In this document: positions 56,765-64,000 of the stretch, in pieces
How positions within the stretch are numbered: position 1 is the first letter of the stretch
How the letters are laid out: each line of letters opens with the position of its first letter
Assembly (NCBI GenBank): GCA_963733195.1
Contig: CAVTCR010000041.1
Coordinates: 1 to 64,000 of the forward strand
Direction: 5' to 3'
Origin: an uncultured delta proteobacterium
GTDB lineage: Bacteria; Desulfobacterota; Binatia; Bin18
DNA length: 64,000 nt
Translations under genes and position numbers: made by a program
Notes under the pieces: model-generated
Told to the model about the DNA's origin: nothing
Databases searched by the model: none
What the model saw: only the letters and a program-made list of their open reading frames with translations

Positions 56765-57214
56765 TTACTTGCTCACTCTTCGTTCGACCCCTGCATCCAC
56801 AACGCCGGGATCGGTCAGGACGAAACTCACCTCCTCACCGTCGCGCCCGAAGAACAGATCGGCGTGCGTGACAACCCCATTCTCATCCTTCGTGGTGAGG
56901 GCGCCGGTACAGTCCGGGTTGACCGTATAGGTGCCGGTATAGGAGACGTGGTGCGAGATCGTGCCATTATCGCTGAACGAGTAGACGCCGGTCATCGTGC
57001 CGTCGCCGTTATACTGATCCTTGCCAGCGAAGGCGAAATGGACCGGCTGCCCATCCACGAGCTGGACACCAGCACAGTGGTACACATAGGTCCCTTTCAG
57101 CGTGCGCAGCGAGCAGGGTTTATCGCTCCATGCCTGCTCTGGACGTCCAGCTCCTGAGATGAGGAGCCCGAGGGCCAAAAGCATTCCAACACCAATCTGT
57201 CGTTTCATAGTCAT
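56765..57214 (-). CDS. secreted hypothetical protein
   Basis: signal peptide; CSLRTLKGTY...TGTYTVNPDCTG; RBS CAGGAGG. Confidence 0.8.
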   Translation of the reverse strand: MTMKRQIGVGMLLALGLLISGAGRPEQAWSDKPCSLRTLKGTYVYHCAGVQLVDGQPVHFAFAGKDQYNGDGTMTGVYSFSDNGTISHHVSYTGTYTVNPDCTGALTTKDENGVVTHADLFFGRDGEEVSFVLTDPGVVDAGVERRVSK

Positions 57215-57252
57215 TTCCTCCTGCTTGGTAAAAGGGTTAGTGTTCGTAGTTC

Positions 57253-57383
57253 GTAGCCTGGATGGAACGAAGTGCAATCCAGGAACCATTCCTTTTCCTC
57301 TCCCGGATTCCGCGAAGCCTGTCCTGCCTGCGCCAGTGCCGCAGGCACAGGTGAGCGAAGTCGAAGGGCTTCATCCGGGCTAC
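57253..57383. repeat. REP doublet with nested hairpin
   Basis: GTAGCCTGGATG...ATCCAGG ... CCCGGATTC...CATCCGGGCTAC. Confidence 0.7.
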
Positions 57384-57387
57384 TCGG

Positions 57388-57615
57388 CTATTTGGCTCGT
57401 AGTCTGCGACGCGGCGGAGCCCGGACGTTAGCCAACACCTGGTCGATGAACGCCAACAGCTCCTCCAGCGAAGCAAAGTGCATCGACTGCCCCGACACCA
57501 CATGTTCCACCCGCCCGGCGAGTTGCCCCCGTGGAATGTCCGTGCTCGTCCGCAAGTGCACGACAAACGCCCAGTGGACTGACAAAGGAGCCGTTTCTGT
57601 TGGGTGCGGGGTCAT
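57388..57615 (-). CDS. small conserved hypothetical protein
   Basis: WAFVVHL...AGRVEHVVSGQSMHFASLEELLAFI. Confidence 0.75.
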   Translation of the reverse strand: MTPHPTETAPLSVHWAFVVHLRTSTDIPRGQLAGRVEHVVSGQSMHFASLEELLAFIDQVLANVRAPPRRRLRAK

Positions 57616-57689
57616 AGGGTTGTTCCGTTTCCCTCTTTCTCTTGCAATCACGCATGCGCTGTGCGAGGAGAATAGAAGCACGGAGAAAG

Positions 57690-57733
57690 AAAGTCATAGG
57701 AAAGTTCTGGGATTACTGTGGGATTACTCTAGG
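57690..57733. promoter_or_regulatory. four direct repeats with 11-bp period, candidate wHTH operator
   Basis: AAAGTCATAGG AAAGTTCTGGG ATTACTGTGGG ATTACTCTAGG between divergent genes. Confidence 0.6.
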
Positions 57734-57751
57734 ACGTGAGGCGCATCGAAA

Positions 57752-60040
57752 ATGCAGACGTACCAATCACTTAGCTTTGGTCCCTATCGACTGGACCTCC
57801 ATACGGGGCAACTCTGGCGGGGCAAACAAGAAGTGAGGTTAACGCTGAAAGCCGCTGCCGTGCTCCGCTATCTGTTGGCCCGGGCCGGGCACGTGGTGAC
57901 CAAGGACGAACTCTTTGCCAGCGTCTGGTCCGACACCGTCGTCAGCGATACCGCCCTGACCTCGTGTATTCAGGAATTGCGTCATGCGTTGCACGATGAC
58001 GCTCGCAAGCCGCGATACCTTGAGACCGTGCACCGACGCGGGTTCCGCTTCATCGGGAAAGTAGTCGGGAGTCAGCAAGAAGAAGCAGCAAATCAAAAGG
58101 CAAAAGTCAAAGATCAGTCCGACTGGTCCCCTAGCCCCCAACACCCAGCACCTACCCTGGTGGGTCGCGAAGCCGGAACTCGCCAACTGCACGAGTGGTT
58201 AGAGAAAGCGGTAAGCGGCGAGCGCCAGCTGGTCTTTGTGACGGGTGAGCCAGGGATTGGCAAGACGACGGTGGTCGAAGCGTTTCTCAGAGGAATTGGG
58301 AACTGGGGGTTAGGCTCTGGTTCCCCTCCGCCCCGATCAGGCAATTCTAAATTCCAGATCCCAAAGCCTACATCCCAAATCCTGCCTCCCTGGCTTGGTC
58401 GGGGGCAGTGCATTGAGCACTACGGTGCAGGCGAAGCGTATCTGCCGATCCTGGAAGCCTTGGGGCGATTGTGTCGAGACGAGACCGGGAACTCTGTCAT
58501 TACGCTCCTGCGGCAGCACGCCCCGAGTTGGCTGGTGCAGATGCCCGCGTTACTCAGCACGGCAGAGCTGGAAGAGTTGCAGCGACGGACGGCAGGCGTG
58601 ACGCGCGAGCGGATGTTGCGAGAGTTAGCCGAAGCACTCGAAGTGATCACTGCCGAACGCCCGTTGGTGTTAGTGCTCGAAGACTTGCACTGGAGTGATG
58701 TGTCGACGTTAGACTTGCTCTCGATGCTGGCCCACCGCCAGGAGCGTGCCCGATTACTGATCATTGGCACCTATCGCCCGGTGGAAGTGTTGACCCGTGA
58801 CCATCCGCTCAAAGGGATCAAGCAGGAGTTACAACTGCATGGGCAGTGTGAGGAGTTGGCGTTGGACTTTCTGAGTGAAGCGGCGGTCGCCGAATATCTG
58901 GCGATGAGATTTACCCTCGTCTCCCTCACCCGTCCTCCTCCGACTACGCGAAGGACAAGCTCTCCCGCAAGGGGAGAGGGAACCCTTTGTCGCAGAGTCC
59001 GTACACAAACTGGCCCACGTCATTCATCAGCGCACGGATGGCAATCCACTGTTCATGGTGAACGTGACCAATGAGCTGGTGGCGCGCGAGGTCATCACCA
59101 CAGCACGATGGGCACTGGGAAATCAAAGGACAAATTGCAGACGACGGCATTGAGGGTACCAGAGAATCTCCGCCAATTGATTGAGCAACAGCTTGCCCGC
59201 GTGAATCCTGACGAGCGTAAAATCTTAGAGGCAGCGAGTGTGGCGGGAGCAGAGTTCTCTGCCGCAGCCGTGGCCGCGGGCACAGAGCAATCGACAGAGG
59301 CGGTAGAAACACACTGTGATGGATTGGTACGCCGAGAACAATTCCTCCGTACCCAAGGGACGAGCGAATGGCCGGATGGGACGGTGGCGGCACGCTATCG
59401 GCTTCGTGCACGCCTTGTATCAAGAAGTGTTGTACGAGCAGCATCTCCGCCACTCGGCGCAGCCGTTTGCATCGGCAGATTGGTGAGCGGGAAGAACAAG
59501 CCTACGGCGACCGAGCGCGAGAGATTGCCGCAGAACTGGCCGTGCACTTTGAGCGGGGGCGGGATACCAAGCGAGCAATCCAGTATCTGCAACAAGCGGG
59601 CGAGAATGCGCAGCGGCGCTCTGCCTATCAGGAAGCAATCACCCTCCTCACCAAGGGGCTAGAGCTGCTCAACACTTTGCCGGACACCCCGAGCGCGCCC
59701 AGCAAGAGCTGGACTTGCAAATCGCCTAGGGTGGCTCGCTGATCGCTACCAAGGGCTATAGCGCCCCGGAGGTGGAAAAGACGTACAGCCACGCCCTCAC
59801 GCTGTGCCGGCAGATCGGCGAGTCGCCGCGGCTCTTCGCGGTGCTGTCGGGACTGGCGGTCTTTCATGTGATCCGGGGGAATTTACGAGTCAGGGCGCGA
59901 GTTGACTGAGAATCTCCTGCGCATAGCCCAGCGCGCACAAAATCCCGTACTCCTCCAGGCGGCGCACTACGGGCTGGGAGAGGTCTTGTGCATTCTGGGC
60001 GAGCTGAGCGAGGCGCAGGCCCATCTGGACCAAGCGATCG
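57752..60040 (+). CDS. OmpR/ToxR-type winged-helix-AAA ATPase-TPR regulator, frameshifted and truncated near 60040
   Basis: FGPYRLD...YLETVHRRGFRF, GEPGIGKT, LEDLHWSD, ELAVHFERG. Confidence 0.88.
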
Positions 60041-60126
60041 TAACAACTTCGCTCGCCACGTTGAGGCGAAGCAGCGGGCCTGATCGGCGGAGCGGCCGCT
60101 CTGCTCCTGAACAGCCAACGGACTCC

Positions 60127-62499
60127 TCACCACTTGGTAATAAAACCGCCATCAAACGGCATCTGATACTCGATCGCGAGCTTGCCGCGACGCTTGACCC
60201 CGAACTGGTTACGCTGAACGATACCGTCGTCCAGGCGGTCTTGTGCGACCGCCTCGTAGATTTCGCGCGACACGCGCACGCCGAATATCGCGACGGTTTC
60301 GGTGACGCCGTTCTCCTCGTTGCGGATCGGTAGGCTCAGCTTGCGACCATCCGGTGCGATCGCCTCCACCATCAGGTAGTAGTTGCGCGTATCGCTGTTG
60401 CCGGGGGGCCGTCGCCACACGCCGGTTGGCTCGCCGGCGCGCGAGACGATTGTGAATGTGTACTCGCGGGTCAACTCCTCTCCAAGCGATTGCAATTCGG
60501 CGGCGATCTTGCTGGTTCCGCGTCATCGCCGCTGCGGATCGCTCGCTCGCCGTCAGCTAGAGCATCGCGCCATAAGTCGGAATTGGGATTCCCCAATCGG
60601 CGAACTGTGATTCACCGTGCGCGGAGGTGGATCATGGGGCGAAGCTATTCATTGGATCTGCGTCGGCGGGTGGTAGCGCGAGTGGCGGGCGGCCAATCGA
60701 GGCGCGGTGCGGCCGAGGCTCTGGCGGTCAGCCCGTCGTTCTCGGTCAAGCTGGTGGCGCGCCATCGTCGCACGGGCTCGGTTGCGCCGGAGCGGCAGGG
60801 CCGTCCACCGGGCACTGGCAAGCTCGAGCCGTATCGAGCGTTCCTGATCGGACGCGTCAAGGAGAAGCCGGACATCACCATGCCGGAACTGGCCGCCGAG
60901 CTCGAGGCCCGGCATGGCGTCGCGGCATCGCCGGCCTCGCTGTCGCGCTTCCTGTGCAAATCCGGGTTCAGCTATAAAAAAAACCCTGCTGGCCACGGAA
61001 CGCGCACGCTCCGACGTCGCCAAGGCGCGCAACACCTGGGTGCATAGGCGCCAGCCGATCATGCGGGCCATGCCGCACCGCCTCGTGTTCATCGACGAGA
61101 CCTCGACCAGCACCAAGCTGACCCGGCTGCGCGGCCGTGCCCTGAAGGGTGAGCGGCTACCCGGCGCGGCTCCGTTCGGCCATTGGCACGCACAGACGTT
61201 CATTGCCGCCCTGCGCTGCAATGGCCTTACGGCGCCGTGGCTGATCGACGGCGCCTTGGATCGTAATGCCTTCGACCTTTACATCGAAACCCAGCTCGCC
61301 CCGACCTTGCAGGCCGGCGACATCGTCATGCTCGACAACCTGAAGGTGCACGCCTCCGCCAGGGCTGCAGATGCGCTCAAGACCCGTGGCGCCTGGTTCC
61401 TGTTCCTGCCCGCCTACTCGCCCGATCTCAACCCCATCGAGATGGCGTTCGCCAAGCTGAAAGCCCACCTGCGCGCCGCCGGAGCACGAACCTACGACGC
61501 CTTGTGGCGTGCCGTCGGCGACATCTGCTCGCTGTTCCAGCCCCGCGAATGCTGGAACTTCCTCAGGCACGCAGGATATGCACTCGATTAAAGGCGCGAT
61601 GCTCTAGCTGAGAGGTGGCTTTTTGCTTGGCCGCGTCGTCAGCGGCCATGGCAAGGATATCGGCGTGGGCCCGCCGGGCGGTGGTGAGTTGTTGCTCCTT
61701 CAGCTCCCCGGGCGCCACGAGCACTGCCGGGGTTGCGGCCTCGCCAGCGAAATAGACCTCCGGCAGCGTCGAAGCGGCGATCCAGGGGTCCTGGCCGATC
61801 TCCTTGTTCACCCTCAGCGCCACGCGGCGGAACATGGTCACGGCCTCGATGCCGGGCTTGACGATCTCGTCGGCCAGCGCCTTGGCGTAGGCCGCCGCCG
61901 CCCCTGATCGGTTGCAGTCTTTCCCGGAGCGGTGGCGTAGGCGATCATCACGCCCGGGGTATAGGCGATGGGTACAAAGCCGCGATTGGTCAGCGCCCGC
62001 TTGTCCTTCTGCGTCAGGTTCAGCTCGTTGCGGCAGGCATCGAACACGACGTAGTGGGTGGCCCTGGAGCCTGCGCGCGCAGCGCCTCGACAACCCCATT
62101 GAGGTTGATCGAGCTGATCCACAAATCGTCGTCGTCGGCGTTGGCGACATCGACCGGGATCAGGTAGTTGATCTTGGTGTCGGGTCGGCCGCACCATGGC
62201 CTGAGTAGTAGACGAAGCTGATCGCGCCTTTGCCTTCCCGCCGCACGTTCTGGATGTGGCGCTTGATGGTGGTATCGATCGTGCCGTAGTTGGCATCCTT
62301 GACCTCGGTCACCTTGAACTTGAGCGACCGCAGCGCCGCGCCGAGAAATATGTCGTTGTGTGGGTTCTTGAGTGGGCCAACCTTGGCGTTGTAGCTCTGG
62401 TTGCCAATCAGCAGCGCGAGACGCTCGGAGGCACCATGCCGGACCGGCGAAAATCGCCAACACAATCAGAGCAGAGACAACCCGCTCAAACCACCGCAT
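60127..62499 (-). pseudogene. secreted caspase (peptidase C14)-DUF6384-like fusion interrupted by IS630
   Basis: RLALLIGNQSY, YYSGHG, VFDACRN, YATAPG; IS removal gives TSQL-ADGERAIR, leading (after one indel) into TGVWR..NYYLMVEA..DDGIVQ..ITKW. Confidence 0.75.
60560..61604 (+). mobile_element. IS630 family element (transposase 60634-61591, -1 frameshift at an A run near 60980)
   Basis: TA duplication in CTAG; TIRs GAGCATCGCGCC/GGCGCGATGCTC; FIDET, MLDNLKVH, YSPDLNPIE. Confidence 0.93.
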
Positions 62500-62872
62500 G
62501 TCTGCATCCGTTCGACAGTCGGGACCTGCCATCCCGTTATGTTCGGGATGGCGGAGCCGAGCCGCCAGCGTGACGTCATGAACAAGCTTGCAGGTGTGTT
62601 AGGCATTTTCTTGACTGCGTTGCGATCGATCATCTGCGCATCGACGCAGCCGCTTCGGGGCTAGTTGTCGTGGCCAAGCCTCGTTCGCTACGCCGAAGCC
62701 GTGAAGAACTGGGTCGGCGCGGACTGCCTGCATCAAGCGAGGTAGCCGACCGAGGAGGGCGCGTCCGTATCATGCCCGAGGTCCTCGTGCACGGTGGCCT
62801 GATCGCCGGTCGAGCAGTCAGGATTAACAAGCTGTAACTGGTGCAGCATGCGAGATCGATTTCTAGTCTGGC

Positions 62873-64000
62873 ATGATCACCAAACGACCCGCAGCCCGGC
62901 GGCTTGGGACGTGGCCGCACTCGCCATTGCCGCTCTCACGCTCTTTGTCCTTCCCGCACCCGCGCGCTGACTGCACAGGAAGCGGCGAATTCACGCCTCG
63001 GTGCAGCGGAGGCATCGACCCGCGAGGATTTCGACCGGTTGTTCAATGCGGTGGTCGAACGAGTCGGCAAGTCGTTCTGGGATAAGGACGGTCTCGCCAG
63101 CGCAGACTGGGAGCGCCAAGCGCAACTTGCGCGTCCGGAAATTGCCGAGGCTCCGACACTCGAAGAGGCTTCGCGGCGCATCAACGCGTTGCTGGGCAAG
63201 CTCAAGACCTCACACACGGGTCTGCTGACTCCGGATGACCAGGACTATTACAACCTACTCGACGTGTTTTCCGGCAGCCGCGGTGCCAGGAAGCTCGCCA
63301 AACAGTTTCGCAGCGGTGTCCACTACGCGGGTATCGGGATCTTTTCAGTGCGGATCGACGACAGCCATTTTGTCGATGCGGTGCTGGAGGGATCGCCAGC
63401 CGAACGTGTCGGCATCAAAGTCGGCGATGAGCTCGTGAACGTCGACGGAGCACCATTCCACCCAATCCGTTCATTTCGCGGTCGCATCGGTCAGGAGGCG
63501 ACCCTCGCGATCAGGCGCACGCGCGGTGGACCTATCCAGATGGTGCGCTGCGACGTAGTGCGGATCGCGCCGTTGCGCCTTTTCAACGACGCGACTCTGG
63601 CAAGCGCGCGCGTCATTGAGCGAGACGGACGCCGCATCGGCTACGTGCACGTGTGGGCGTCGGTCGGGGATCAATCAGCGCAGTCCCTCAAGGCCGCTCT
63701 AGCCAAGCTAAACGTCGAAGGCGGTGTTGCTCGGCCTGCAAAGTCCGAGACAAGCGACCAAGATAACGTAAAGAAACTCTGGTTACGGCTCCGCTCGACG
63801 CGCTCATCATCGACATGCGCGGCAAGATCGGCGGAACCGGCACTACCGCAGGCCGCTATCTCGACTTAATTGATCCGAGGGGTCCGCGCGTCCGCTCGCG
63901 TAACAAGCGCGACAGCACCCAGGCATCGGTTTCGCTACGGGGAAGGACCGCTCTTCTCATCGATCACCACACACGCAGCACCGCCGAGCTGTTCGTCCAT
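62873..64000 (+). CDS. S41 family peptidase with PDZ domain (frameshifted, runs off the window)
   Basis: LKTSHT, GSPAERVGIKVGD, RIGYVHVW, IDMRGKIGG, HTRSTAEL. Confidence 0.8.

Overview
Chromosomal segment of a bacterium that looks deltaproteobacterial, possibly Candidatus Binatia (inferred from gene order, AAA-TPR cyclase paralogues and repeat style). It is probably a long-read or metagenomic assembly, since single-base indels occur even in essential genes. 1-11 kb: minus-strand integron cassette array (attC sites, attI at ~10300, degenerate inward-facing intI). Its first cassette is an IS91-family HUH transposase; the others are a hypothetical gene, an uncharacterised TA-like pair, a membrane-anchored TIR gene hit by two IS630s, a lipoprotein hydrolase and a DUF3553-like gene. 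An IS1111-type IS110 sits inside one attC. 11-55 kb: mostly housekeeping genes (M16 peptidase, pnp-rpsO-truB-rbfA-infB-nusA-rimP, greA, purN, rnhC, mazG, murJ, rpsT, lptE, leuS, nusB-rib-nrdR-glyA, acpP-fabG-fabD-plsX-rpmF, infA) mixed with two PIN TA pairs, a UGSC-type selenoprotein missed by the ORF track, an IS5-family element, a REP-targeting IS110, many REPs and heptamer repeats. 55-60 kb: ATPase and a wHTH-AAA-TPR regulator module. After ~60 kb the sequence abruptly appears more GC-rich (caspase-DUF6384 fusion split by IS630, S41 peptidase) and may be a chimeric join.
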